From: Bacillota bacterium
GTDB taxonomy: Bacteria > Bacillota > DTU025
NCBI GenBank assembly: GCA_050951805.1
Contig: JBMNJT010000008.1
Span: 416,001-480,000 of the forward strand
Direction: 5' to 3'
DNA length: 64,000 nt
Shown: one piece after another, positions 55,296 to 64,000 of the stretch
How positions within the stretch are numbered: the first letter of the stretch is position 1
How the letters are laid out: each line of letters opens with the position of its first letter
Translations under genes and position numbers: made by a program
The notes under the pieces: generated by a model
Seen by the model: the letters and a program-made list of their open reading frames with translations, nothing else
Told to the model about the DNA's origin: nothing
Databases searched by the model: none

Positions 55296-56498
55296 ATGGC
55301 CAAACAGAAGTTTGAAAGGACCAAGCCCCACCTTAACATCGGGACAATAGGGCACGTCGACCACGGCAAAACGACGCTGACGTCGGCGCTCACGAATGTC
55401 CTGGCGAAGAATGGGCTTGCCCAGTTCATGGACTTTGACAAGATCGACAAGGCGCCCGAGGAGAAGGCTCGTGGAATCACTATCAGCACGTCCCACGTGG
55501 AGTATGAGACGCCAAACCGTCACTATGCCCACGTTGACTGCCCCGGACACGCGGACTACATCAAGAACATGATTACCGGTGCAGCTCAGATGGACGGGGC
55601 CATTCTCGTGGTGTCGGCCGCAGACGGCCCGATGCCCCAGACCCGTGAGCACATCCTGCTTGCGCGACAGGTCGGCGTTCCCTCAATTGTGGTTGCGCTG
55701 AACAAGGTGGACATGGTCGATGACCCGGAACTCCTTGAGCTGGTTGAACTAGAGGTAAGGGATTTGCTCAGCGAGTATGAGTTCCCAGGAGACGAGATTC
55801 CTGTAATTCCCCTGTCGGCGTACAAGGCCGGCGAGTGCGGGTGCGGACAAAAGGATTGCCAGTGGTGCGGTCCGATTTGGAAGCTCGTTGAAGCTATCGA
55901 TGCCTATTTCCCAGAGCCGCAGCGTGAAATCGATAAGCCGTTCCTCATGCCGATCGAGGATGTTTTCACGATTACTGGGCGCGGCACCGTTGTTACGGGC
56001 CGAGTCGAGCGTGGAGTTGTCAAGGTCGGAGACGAGGTGCAGATCGTCGGTTTGATGCCTCAGCCGAGGAAGACAGTGGTCACAGGCGTAGAGATGTTCC
56101 GCAAGCTTCTTGACCAGGGTGTTGCAGGCGACAACGTTGGATGTCTCCTTCGAGGTATTGACAGAGATGAGGTAGAGCGCGGCCAGGTGCTGGCGAAGCC
56201 AGGGTCCATCACTCCTCATACAAAGTTCACTGCTCAGGTTTACGTTCTGACTAAGGAGGAGGGCGGTAGGCATACTCCGTTCTTCAACGGCTATCGTCCG
56301 CAGTTTTACTTCAGAACAACGGATGTTACCGGAACCGTACAGCTGCCTGAGGGCACGGAGATGGTGATGCCTGGCGACAACACGGTGATGACAATCAGTC
56401 TCATTACTCCAATCGCCATGGAGCCTGGGCTCCGTTTTGCTATCCGCGAGGGCGGCCGCACTGTTGGCGCGGGAGCAGTGGCTTCCATTATCGAGTAA
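55296..56498 (+). CDS. tuf: Elongation factor Tu
   Basis: [32 protein letters not shown]. Confidence 0.98.
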   Translation: MAKQKFERTKPHLNIGTIGHVDHGKTTLTSALTNVLAKNGLAQFMDFDKIDKAPEEKARGITISTSHVEYETPNRHYAHVDCPGHADYIKNMITGAAQMDGAILVVSAADGPMPQTREHILLARQVGVPSIVVALNKVDMVDDPELLELVELEVRDLLSEYEFPGDEIPVIPLSAYKAGECGCGQKDCQWCGPIWKLVEAIDAYFPEPQREIDKPFLMPIEDVFTITGRGTVVTGRVERGVVKVGDEVQIVGLMPQPRKTVVTGVEMFRKLLDQGVAGDNVGCLLRGIDRDEVERGQVLAKPGSITPHTKFTAQVYVLTKEEGGRHTPFFNGYRPQFYFRTTDVTGTVQLPEGTEMVMPGDNTVMTISLITPIAMEPGLRFAIREGGRTVGAGAVASIIE

Positions 56499-56566
56499 GC
56501 CGACCGCAGTTCGGACAGTGAATAATGCGGCAACGTGGGGGCGGGAAGTCCCGCCCCCACCAATCT

Positions 56567-56655
56567 GCGATGAAGCGGGAGATTGTCTGTGCGGGAAGCT
56601 GCCGGAGTAACTTCCGTGGAGTATGTCCGTCAAAGGAATCGGGCGAATAGGAGGG
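56567..56655 (+). promoter_or_regulatory. S10 operon leader-like RNA
   Basis: GCGATGAAGCGGGAG...ACTTCCGTGGAGTATGTCCG...GGGCGA resembles the conserved Firmicutes rpsJ leader (from memory). Confidence 0.55.
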
Positions 56656-56662
56656 AGCCAAT

Positions 56663-56971
56663 TTGGCAACTCAGAAAATCCGGATCAAGCTGAAAGCTTT
56701 TGATCACAAGATATTGGATCAGTCCGCCGAGAGAATTGTGGAGACTGCTAAGAGAATGGGGTCAGAGGTCTCAGGGCCTATCCCGCTCCCGACGGAGAGA
56801 AACGTATACACAGTGCTTCGTTCTGTTCACGTGAACAAGGATTCTCGCGAACAGTTCGAGATGAGGACTCACAAGAGGTTGATTGATATCCTAGATCCTA
56901 CTCCCAAGACGATCGACGCTCTGATGCGTCTCGACCTTCCGGCGGGAGTGGACATAGAGATCAAGTTGTAG
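56663..56971 (+). CDS. rpsJ: 30S ribosomal protein S10
   Basis: [11 protein letters not shown]...SGPIPLPT; TTG start. Confidence 0.97.
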   Translation: MATQKIRIKLKAFDHKILDQSAERIVETAKRMGSEVSGPIPLPTERNVYTVLRSVHVNKDSREQFEMRTHKRLIDILDPTPKTIDALMRLDLPAGVDIEIKL

Positions 56972-56991
56972 GCCACGAGGGGGTGTGACGC

Positions 56992-57627
56992 GTGGGCAGA
57001 GCTATAATCGGCAGAAAGATTGGGATGACCCAGATTTTCGAAGAAGACGGCAGGGTTCATCCGGTTACAGTTATAGAGGCAGGGCCATGTTGCGTTGTTC
57101 AAAAGAAGCACACCGCCACCGATGGCTACGAAGCGGTTCAGCTTGGCTTCGGCGAAATCGACAAGCGGCGTGTGAGCAAGCCTATGGCCGGCCATTATGC
57201 TAAGGCGAATGTGAAGCCTAGCAGACATCTGAAAGAGTTTCGCATAGAGTCAGCGGATGCCTATGAGCTTGGCCAGGAGATCAAGGTCGATCAGTGGTCA
57301 GTGGGCGACCTTGTAGACGTGACTGGCATCTCTCGGGGCAAGGGGTTTGCCGGACCGATGAAGAGGTGGAATTTCAGCCGCGGCCCGATGGCGCACGGTT
57401 CCCACTATCATCGGGGAGTTGGATCACTGGGTGCGACCGCTCCGGCTCGGGTTTTTAAAGGACGCAAGATGGCGGGCAGGCTCGGTGGCACGAAAGCTAC
57501 GAGCCTGGGGCTAGAAGTCGTAAAGGTCGACCCGGAGAGGAACCTGCTCATGGTGCGGGGTTCAATCCCCGGTGCCACTAATGGTCTTGTGACTATCCGG
57601 GACTCTGTAAAGGCGAAGGCAAAGTAA
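56992..57627 (+). CDS. rplC: 50S ribosomal protein L3
   Basis: GRKIGMTQIF, DGYEAVQ, GKGFAG. Confidence 0.97.
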   Translation: MGRAIIGRKIGMTQIFEEDGRVHPVTVIEAGPCCVVQKKHTATDGYEAVQLGFGEIDKRRVSKPMAGHYAKANVKPSRHLKEFRIESADAYELGQEIKVDQWSVGDLVDVTGISRGKGFAGPMKRWNFSRGPMAHGSHYHRGVGSLGATAPARVFKGRKMAGRLGGTKATSLGLEVVKVDPERNLLMVRGSIPGATNGLVTIRDSVKAKAK

Positions 57628-57640
57628 GGAGGCGCAGGAG

Positions 57641-58261
57641 ATGCCCAAAGCACCATTGTTCGATGCAAGAGGCAATAGGCTCGGAGAGGTAGAGCTTCCT
57701 GAAGCCGTCTTCGGAATAGAGCCCAACGAGCACGCAGTGCATGAAGCGGTTACGCTGCAGCTTGCCAGCAGAAGGTCGGGCACGCATAGCACGAAGACCA
57801 TCTCCGAGGTCCGGGGCGGCGGTCGAAAGCCGTGGCGCCAGAAGGGGACCGGAAGGGCGAGACACGGATCGCGCAGGTCGCCCATATGGGTTGGGGGCGG
57901 AGTAGTGTTCGGCCCTAAGCCTAGAAAGTATGGTTACACGATTCCGAAGAAGGTTCGCAGGTTGGCGCTGTTGTCGGCGCTGTCATCGATGGCGCAGGAG
58001 AACGCGGTATACGTTGTTGACGCCATTGATCTATCCGAACCAAGCACGAAGAGCATGGCAGCGCTTTTTGAGAAAATAGGCGCTGAAAAGCCCCTTGTTG
58101 TTACTGACGAGCGGAGCGAGGTTGTGGAGAAGTCCACTCGGAATATTCCGGGGGCAATGGTTCTCCATGTTGAAGGCCTAAATGTCTACGATATTGTGAA
58201 CCACACAGCGCTGGTACTTACGCGCGATGCGGTTTCAAGGGCGGAGGAGGCGTTTGCGTGA
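57641..58261 (+). CDS. rplD: 50S ribosomal protein L4
   Basis: [16 protein letters not shown]. Confidence 0.97.
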   Translation: MPKAPLFDARGNRLGEVELPEAVFGIEPNEHAVHEAVTLQLASRRSGTHSTKTISEVRGGGRKPWRQKGTGRARHGSRRSPIWVGGGVVFGPKPRKYGYTIPKKVRRLALLSALSSMAQENAVYVVDAIDLSEPSTKSMAALFEKIGAEKPLVVTDERSEVVEKSTRNIPGAMVLHVEGLNVYDIVNHTALVLTRDAVSRAEEAFA

Positions 58262-58548
58262 TGGCACACCCGCGGGACATTATCATAGGGCCGATCATCA
58301 CTGAGAAGAGCAACGCTCTGTCGGCAGAGGGAAAATACGTTTTCAAGGTTAAGCGTGACGCTAACAAGATAGAGATCGCCAGGGCTGTCGAAAAGATATT
58401 CGACGTTCGGGTAGTTGCAGTAAACACCATAAATGTTCCCGGAAAGCTGAAGAGACAGGGACGTTCGGAGGGAATGACCCCAGCCTGGAAAAAGGCCATC
58501 GTTACCTTGCAGGACGGGGAGACCATCCCGCTCTTCGAAGGGGTCTAA
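58261..58548 (+). CDS. rplW: 50S ribosomal protein L23
   Basis: PIITEKS...WKKAIVTL. Confidence 0.96.
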   Translation: MAHPRDIIIGPIITEKSNALSAEGKYVFKVKRDANKIEIARAVEKIFDVRVVAVNTINVPGKLKRQGRSEGMTPAWKKAIVTLQDGETIPLFEGV

Positions 58549-58572
58549 GTTCACGTAAAGGAGGTATGCGGG

Positions 58573-59403
58573 ATGGGAGTCAAAAGTTTTAAGCCTACTA
58601 CGCCGGCACGGCGGCAGATGACGGTTGCCACGTTTGAGGAGATCACGTCCTCGAAGCCTGAAAAGTCGCTGGTGGTTCCGCTCAAGAAGAGCGGAGGACG
58701 GAATGCCCAAGGCAGGACCACCGTTCGGTTCAGGGGCGGCGGACACAAGAGGGCATACAGAGTCGTGGATTTCAAGCGTGACAAGGACGGGGTTCCTGGC
58801 AGAATCGCGTCCATAGAGTATGACCCGAACCGATCTGCGCGAATTGCACTAGTCAACTACGCAGATGGCGAAAAACGGTACATCTTGGCCCCTCTTGGGC
58901 TCAAGGTTGGCGACGTTATAGAGTCGGGCCCTGATGCCGACATCAAGCCCGGCAACGCATTGCCGCTTTCCAACATCCCTGTGGGCACAGTAGTCCATGC
59001 AGTCGAGCTTACGGCCGGAAGAGGCGCGCAGCTCGCCAGATCTGCAGGGGCCAGCGCTCAGATAATGGCGAGAGAAGGCGAGTATGTCACTCTTCGCTTG
59101 CCTTCGACGGAGATGAGGATGGTTCGCCAGGAGTGCCGAGCTACCGTGGGCCAGGTTGGAAACGTGGAGCATGAGAACATCTCTATGGGAAAGGCCGGAC
59201 GCAGCCGATGGATGGGGAGAAGGCCGAGTGTTCGTGGAGTCGCGATGAACCCGGTGGATCACCCGCACGGTGGCGGCGAGGGTAGGTCGCCTATTGGGTT
59301 GAAGAGCCCGGTCACACCTTGGGGAGTTCCGACACTGGGATACAGGACGCGCAAGGCCAAGGCTTCTGACAGGTTGATAGTCCGTCGCCGGGGCAAGAAG
59401 TAA
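58573..59403 (+). CDS. rplB: 50S ribosomal protein L2
   Basis: [21 protein letters not shown]. Confidence 0.98.
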   Translation: MGVKSFKPTTPARRQMTVATFEEITSSKPEKSLVVPLKKSGGRNAQGRTTVRFRGGGHKRAYRVVDFKRDKDGVPGRIASIEYDPNRSARIALVNYADGEKRYILAPLGLKVGDVIESGPDADIKPGNALPLSNIPVGTVVHAVELTAGRGAQLARSAGASAQIMAREGEYVTLRLPSTEMRMVRQECRATVGQVGNVEHENISMGKAGRSRWMGRRPSVRGVAMNPVDHPHGGGEGRSPIGLKSPVTPWGVPTLGYRTRKAKASDRLIVRRRGKK

Positions 59404-59435
59404 GAAGTGGGTTCTGAAAGGAGGCGCGCCAATAT

Positions 59436-59720
59436 ATGGGCAGGTCGTTGAAGAAGGGACCGTATGTCCACGAGGCCTTAGCTGAGAAGGTCGAAAGGCT
59501 AAATTCAGCGGGAAAAAAAGAGATTATAAAGACGTGGTCCAGAGCGTCAATGATTACCCCAGACATGCTTGGCCATACCATAGCTGTGCATGATGGACGT
59601 AGGCATGTTCCGATATACATCGTTGAGGACATGGTAGGGCATAGGCTCGGAGAGTTTGCGCCAACGAGGACGTTTAGGGGCCATAGGCAATCGGATAAGA
59701 CTACACAGATCAAGAGGTAG
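59436..59720 (+). CDS. rpsS: 30S ribosomal protein S19
   Basis: RSLKKGP...[11 protein letters not shown]. Confidence 0.97.
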   Translation: MGRSLKKGPYVHEALAEKVERLNSAGKKEIIKTWSRASMITPDMLGHTIAVHDGRRHVPIYIVEDMVGHRLGEFAPTRTFRGHRQSDKTTQIKR

Positions 59721-59734
59721 GAGGTCGGGCGCAG

Positions 59735-60073
59735 GTGGAAGCGAAAGCGGTAGCGCGTTATGTGCGCATGTCGCCACAGAAGGTTCGCAGGGTTGTGGAT
59801 CTTGTGCGCGGCAAAAGTGTTGATGAAGCCCTGACCATTCTTAAATATACTCCGCACATTGCGGCGGAGCCGGTCAGCAAGGTTGTTGCTTCTGCAGCGG
59901 CAAATGCCGAAAACAACCTCGACCTTAGCAGGGATGACCTCTATATCGCTGAGGCTTATGTTGACGAAGGCCCTACGCTCAAGCGGATACGGCCGCGCGC
60001 AAGGGGCATGGCAAACAGGATCCTCAAGCGCACGAGCCACATAACGGTAGTGGTCAGAGAAAGGGAGGGTTAG
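59735..60073 (+). CDS. rplV: 50S ribosomal protein L22
   Basis: SPQKVRRV...RPRARG...TSHITV. Confidence 0.97.
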   Translation: MEAKAVARYVRMSPQKVRRVVDLVRGKSVDEALTILKYTPHIAAEPVSKVVASAAANAENNLDLSRDDLYIAEAYVDEGPTLKRIRPRARGMANRILKRTSHITVVVREREG

Positions 60074-60076
60074 AGT

Positions 60077-60742
60077 GTGGGGCAGAAAGTCAATCCTATA
60101 GGTCTGCGGCTTGGCATCAACCGGACCTGGGAGTCTACGTGGTATTCAGATAAGAACTATGCCGAGCTTCTCCATGAAGATTTGAAGCTCAGGAAGTATA
60201 TTAAGAACCGACTTTATGCCGCCAGCGTTTCGCGGATACAGATCGAGCGTGCGGCGAACAGGATTAGAGTCACCATCCACACTGCCCGTCCTGGTATGGT
60301 TATTGGGCGCGGCGGTTCGGAAGCAGATGCGCTTCGCAGGGACCTGGAGGCCATGACGGGCAAGCAGGTTTCGGTGAACATTATGGAGATCAAGCATCCT
60401 GAACTCGATGCTCAGTTGGTGGCAGAGAACATCGCAGCTCAGCTGGAGAGGAGAATCTCCTTCAGACGTGCGATGAAGCAGGCCATGGGCAGAGCCGAGC
60501 GGCTTGGGGTTCAGGGAATGCGGGTGAAATCCAGCGGTCGCCTTGGCGGCGCAGAGATAGCCAGGACGGAAGGTTACAGTTATGGCAAGCTTCCCCTTCA
60601 CACGTTGAGAGCCGACATTGATTATGGGTTCACTGAGGCAAATACGACGTACGGCAAAATCGGAGTGAAGGTATGGATCTATAAAGGTGATGTTCTCCCA
60701 GATAAGTCGGGGAAAGCTCGGCAGGGGGGAGGGGCTCGATAA
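60077..60742 (+). CDS. rpsC: 30S ribosomal protein S3
   Basis: GQKVNP...[10 protein letters not shown]...[11 protein letters not shown]. Confidence 0.97.
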   Translation: MGQKVNPIGLRLGINRTWESTWYSDKNYAELLHEDLKLRKYIKNRLYAASVSRIQIERAANRIRVTIHTARPGMVIGRGGSEADALRRDLEAMTGKQVSVNIMEIKHPELDAQLVAENIAAQLERRISFRRAMKQAMGRAERLGVQGMRVKSSGRLGGAEIARTEGYSYGKLPLHTLRADIDYGFTEANTTYGKIGVKVWIYKGDVLPDKSGKARQGGGAR

Positions 60743-61177
60743 ATGCTGATGCCCAAGAAGGTCAAGTACCGAAAGCAGCAGAGGGGACGCATGAAGGGCG
60801 TTGCTGAAAAGGGAACCACCGTCACCTACGGCGAGTATGGCCTTCAGGCGCTTGAGCCTGGATGGATAACGTCGCGACAAATAGAGGCGGCCCGTATTGC
60901 GATGACCAGATACATCAGGCGTGGCGGCAAGGTGTGGATAAAGATATTTCCAGACAAGCCTGTGAGCAAGAAGCCGGCCGAAACACGTATGGGGAGCGGC
61001 AAGGGTGCGCCGGAGTACTGGGTGGCAGTGGTGAAGCCCGGAAGAGTAATGTTTGAAATGGGCGGAGTATCCGAAGAGATTGCGCGTGAAGCAATGAGAT
61101 TGGCAGGGCATAAGCTGCCGATCAAGACGCAGTTCGTAAAGAGAGAAGAAGCGGGTGGTGAAGCCGATGAAGGCTAG
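60743..61177 (+). CDS. rplP: 50S ribosomal protein L16
   Basis: [11 protein letters not shown]...RMGSGKG. Confidence 0.97.
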   Translation: MLMPKKVKYRKQQRGRMKGVAEKGTTVTYGEYGLQALEPGWITSRQIEAARIAMTRYIRRGGKVWIKIFPDKPVSKKPAETRMGSGKGAPEYWVAVVKPGRVMFEMGGVSEEIAREAMRLAGHKLPIKTQFVKREEAGGEADEG

Positions 61178-61370
61178 AGAGCTGAGAGAGATGACCCCCG
61201 AACAACTCGATACTAGGCTGGAAGGCCTCAAGGAGGAACTCTTCAACCTCAGGTTTCAGCTCGCCACAAACCAGCTGGACAACGCGCATCGGATAAAGGA
61301 TGTTAGGCGTGATATCGCCAGGGTGAAGACGGAAATGCGGGAACGCGAGCTCAAGATTGCACGAGGGTAG
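61167..61370 (+). CDS. rpmC: 50S ribosomal protein L29
   Basis: MKARELR...ELFNLRFQ. Confidence 0.95.
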   Translation: MKARELREMTPEQLDTRLEGLKEELFNLRFQLATNQLDNAHRIKDVRRDIARVKTEMRERELKIARG

Positions 61371-61385
61371 AGAGGAGGCCAGGTC

Positions 61386-61646
61386 ATGGAGACTGCTAGA
61401 AATGAGCGCAAGGAGAGAGTCGGGTTTGTAGTCAGTGATGCAATGGACAAGACCCGAGTGGTGGAACTCCAGCGCACCTACAGAGATCCGATGTATGGCA
61501 AAGTGGTGCGTCGGTCCAGCAAGGTTAAGGTGCACGATGAGGGCAATGAGAGCAGAGTAGGTGACAAGGTTCTCATCATGGAGACCCGGCCGATCTCACG
61601 CGATAAGCGTTGGAGGCTTGTAAAGATAGTAGAGAAGGCTAAGTAA
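61386..61646 (+). CDS. rpsQ: 30S ribosomal protein S17
   Basis: VVSDAMDKT...[11 protein letters not shown]. Confidence 0.96.
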   Translation: METARNERKERVGFVVSDAMDKTRVVELQRTYRDPMYGKVVRRSSKVKVHDEGNESRVGDKVLIMETRPISRDKRWRLVKIVEKAK

Positions 61647-61676
61647 CAAGGGCCCTATTGAAGGGAGGAACACTCT

Positions 61677-62045
61677 GTGATTCAGGCCCAGACCGTACTG
61701 AATATAGCGGACAATACAGGCGCCAAGAAAGTGATGTGCTTTCGCGTCTTGGGCGGCGGGGACCGCCGGTATGCCGGTATTGGCGACATCATTATTGGCA
61801 CTGTCAAAGAGGCCACGCCCGGGGGCGTTGTCAAGAAGGGCGATATCGTCAAGGCCGTTGTCGTTCGCACCAAGAAGGAGCTCAGGCGGGCCGACGGCAC
61901 ATATATCAGATTCGATGAAAACGCGGCGGTCGTTATCGACGCCAATAATAACCCACGGGGCACGCGAATCTTCGGGCCTGTGGCGCGAGAGCTTCGTGAT
62001 CGGAATTTCATGAAGATCATATCGCTTGCTCCGGAGGTCCTCTAG
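61677..62045 (+). CDS. rplN: 50S ribosomal protein L14
   Basis: ADNTGAK...[11 protein letters not shown]. Confidence 0.97.
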   Translation: MIQAQTVLNIADNTGAKKVMCFRVLGGGDRRYAGIGDIIIGTVKEATPGGVVKKGDIVKAVVVRTKKELRRADGTYIRFDENAAVVIDANNNPRGTRIFGPVARELRDRNFMKIISLAPEVL

Positions 62046-62085
62046 GCTACGGGGCGGTCCCCAGGAGCGAGGAGGTGTGGATAAA

Positions 62086-62418
62086 ATGACGATATCCGTG
62101 AAGAAGGTCAAGAAGGGCGACACCGTTATGGTGCTCCAAGGCAAAGATGCAGGCAGGAGAGGCAAGGTCCTCAGGGTGCTGCCTCGTGAACAGAAGGTTA
62201 TCGTTGAGAACTTGAACATTGTAAAGCGGCATACTCGTCCGAGCACCGCGAATCCGCAGGGAGGCATCATCGACAAACCCGCGCCCATGGCGCTAGGCAG
62301 AGTCATGGTGGTCTGCGGCAAGTGCAACAAGCCGACGCGGGTTGGCATGGAACTTGGGGAGTCTGGCAAGCCCATGAGAGTATGCAAGAAGTGCGGAGCC
62401 AAGCTGGATAAAAAGTAG
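62086..62418 (+). CDS. rplX: 50S ribosomal protein L24
   Basis: KKGDTV...GKDAG KOW motif; ATG after GGAGGTG. Confidence 0.96.
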   Translation: MTISVKKVKKGDTVMVLQGKDAGRRGKVLRVLPREQKVIVENLNIVKRHTRPSTANPQGGIIDKPAPMALGRVMVVCGKCNKPTRVGMELGESGKPMRVCKKCGAKLDKK

Positions 62419-62451
62419 GATAGTCGATAGGCCTGAGAGGGGGTCAATTAT

Positions 62452-63006
62452 ATGGAGGCGCCGACTCCACGGCTGAAGGAGAAATACCAGAACGAGGTTG
62501 TCCCTGCGCTTATGCAGAAGTTCGAATACAGGAACGTCATGGAGGTTCCAAAGGTCGAAAAGGTCATCGTCAACAGGGGCGTATCAGACGCCATTGTGGA
62601 CCCCAAGGCGCTTGACGCCGCCGCCGACGAACTAGCCAATATTACCGGACAGCGTCCGATAATCACCCGGGCGAAGAAGTCGATCGCAGCGTTCAAACTG
62701 CGGGCCGGAGTTCCCATTGGGTGCAAGGTAACCCTCCGCGGCGCAAGGATGTATTATTTTCTGGATAAGCTGTTCAATATCGCTCTTCCGAGGATTAGGG
62801 ACTTCAGAGGGGTTTCTCCGGACGCTTTTGACGGGCGGGGAAACTATACCTTGGGTCTTAGGGAGCAGTTGGTTTTCCCGGAGATCCGGTATGACGATGT
62901 TGACAAGATCCGTGGCATGGACATAACCATCGTGACTACTGCAAAAACGGATGAAGAAGCTTTCGAGCTGTTGAAGCTTATGGGCCTGCCAGTCAGGCTG
63001 CAGTAA
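62452..63006 (+). CDS. rplE: 50S ribosomal protein L5
   Basis: [16 protein letters not shown]. Confidence 0.97.
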   Translation: MEAPTPRLKEKYQNEVVPALMQKFEYRNVMEVPKVEKVIVNRGVSDAIVDPKALDAAADELANITGQRPIITRAKKSIAAFKLRAGVPIGCKVTLRGARMYYFLDKLFNIALPRIRDFRGVSPDAFDGRGNYTLGLREQLVFPEIRYDDVDKIRGMDITIVTTAKTDEEAFELLKLMGLPVRLQ

Positions 63007-63018
63007 GGAGGGGAAGAT

Positions 63019-63204
63019 ATGGCGCGAAAGGCGCTTGTAGAGAAGTGGCAGAAAGAGCCGAAATACAAGGTGAGGCAGTATAACCGGTGCTCGATTTGCG
63101 GGCGACCGAGAGGATATATGCGCAAGTTCAAAATGTGCAGGATCTGCTTCCGAACTCTCGCCTCGAAGGGAGAAATCCCGGGCGTGACCAAGGCGAGTTG
63201 GTGA
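63019..63204 (+). CDS. rpsN: 30S ribosomal protein S14 (Zn-binding type Z)
   Basis: RCSICGRPR...CRICFR; 61 aa. Confidence 0.96.
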   Translation: MARKALVEKWQKEPKYKVRQYNRCSICGRPRGYMRKFKMCRICFRTLASKGEIPGVTKASW

Positions 63205-63239
63205 CAGCAGGGGCACGCCACGAGAGGAGGTAGAGGACG

Positions 63240-63638
63240 ATGGTGTTGACAGACCCGATCGCGGATATGCTTACTAGAATACGCAACGCGAATACAGTGA
63301 ACCACGAGGTCGTTGAGATACCAGCATCTCGGATGAAGGCAGAGCTTGCTCAGATAATGAAAGATGAGGGCTACATCCGCGGCTTTGAGGTCACTCGGGG
63401 AGACAAGTACGATGTTATTAAGGTCCACATGAAGTATGGGCCTAACAAGCAGAAGGTAATACACGGCCTCAAGCGGATAAGCAAGCCCGGCCTCAGGGTG
63501 TACGTTAAGAAGGATGAGGTTCCGAAGGTCCTGAACGGCCTGGGAACGGCCGTAATCTCCACATCTCGTGGGCTGATGACAGACCGTCAGGCGAGGGAAG
63601 CCGGGCTTGGCGGAGAGGTCATCTGCTACATGTGGTAG
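63240..63638 (+). CDS. rpsH: 30S ribosomal protein S8
   Basis: [13 protein letters not shown]...SKPGLRVY. Confidence 0.97.
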   Translation: MVLTDPIADMLTRIRNANTVNHEVVEIPASRMKAELAQIMKDEGYIRGFEVTRGDKYDVIKVHMKYGPNKQKVIHGLKRISKPGLRVYVKKDEVPKVLNGLGTAVISTSRGLMTDRQAREAGLGGEVICYMW

Positions 63639-63649
63639 GTGGTGTAGAC

Positions 63650-64000
63650 ATGTCTAGAATAGGCAAGAAACCAGTGCCGGTTCCCAAGGGTGTAGAGGTT
63701 GAACTGGATGGCAGCATAATCACTGTAAAGGGCCCCAAGGGCGCTCTGTCTCAGGAGATCCCTGCGAGGATTAGCGTTGAGGTGGCTGACGGCGAGATCA
63801 GGGTTACGCGTCCATCCGATAATCGACTTGACAGATCTATGCACGGCCTGACCCGGGCGCTCATCGCCAACATGGTGCATGGGGTTACAGAGGGGTTTGA
63901 AAAATCCCTCGAGATCATAGGGACGGGATACAGGGCATCCAAGCAAGGCGAAACGTTGGTGCTGCAAGTCGGCTACTCGCATCCTGTGGAGATAGTCCCG
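63650..64000 (+). CDS. rplF: 50S ribosomal protein L6 (truncated by the window edge)
   Basis: Manual translation [17 protein letters not shown]...KGPKG...[12 protein letters not shown]...GYSHPV. Confidence 0.95.
   Translation, partial: MSRIGKKPVPVPKGVEVELDGSIITVKGPKGALSQEIPARISVEVADGEIRVTRPSDNRLDRSMHGLTRALIANMVHGVTEGFEKSLEIIGTGYRASKQGETLVLQVGYSHPVEIVP

Noticed and set aside
55749-63982. Long antisense ORFs (for example 55749-56669, 60146-61246, 61596-62447)
   Set aside because: Shadow frames of highly biased tuf and ribosomal protein genes.

Overview
Housekeeping-dense, almost entirely + strand region of an anaerobic, probably spore-forming Bacillota (Firmicutes) genome. Gene order: rnfCDGEAB; maf-radC-mreBCD-mrdA-minCDE-rodA; SpoIVFB-like protease; radical SAM pair; RNase G/E; rplU-prp-rpmA; UPF0182; 8-oxoG glycosylase; a frameshifted IS1202-family element (16-bp target duplication) directly in front of a 6-tRNA operon; ytxC; T-box-thrS; infC (ATC start)-rpmI-rplT; trmH-like; a second 6-tRNA operon; an ORF-less, apparently catalytically degenerate group II intron; rpmG-secE-nusG-rplKA-rplJL; two tandem full-length rpoB genes; rpoC; the str operon; and the S10/spc operon, cut off in rplF. 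The main anomaly is the duplicated RNA polymerase beta subunit. The upstream copy (about 84-85% amino-acid identity by hand tally, colinear, intact) has its own duplicated promoter and leader. It has ATT where the downstream copy has ATG, lacks the 74-aa acidic tail, and carries radical changes in fork loop 2 (SRERA to SWRRA), while the classical rifampicin-resistance residues are unchanged. This suggests an alternative core RNA polymerase. All calls were made by eye from the sequence and the ORF track; no database searches were run.
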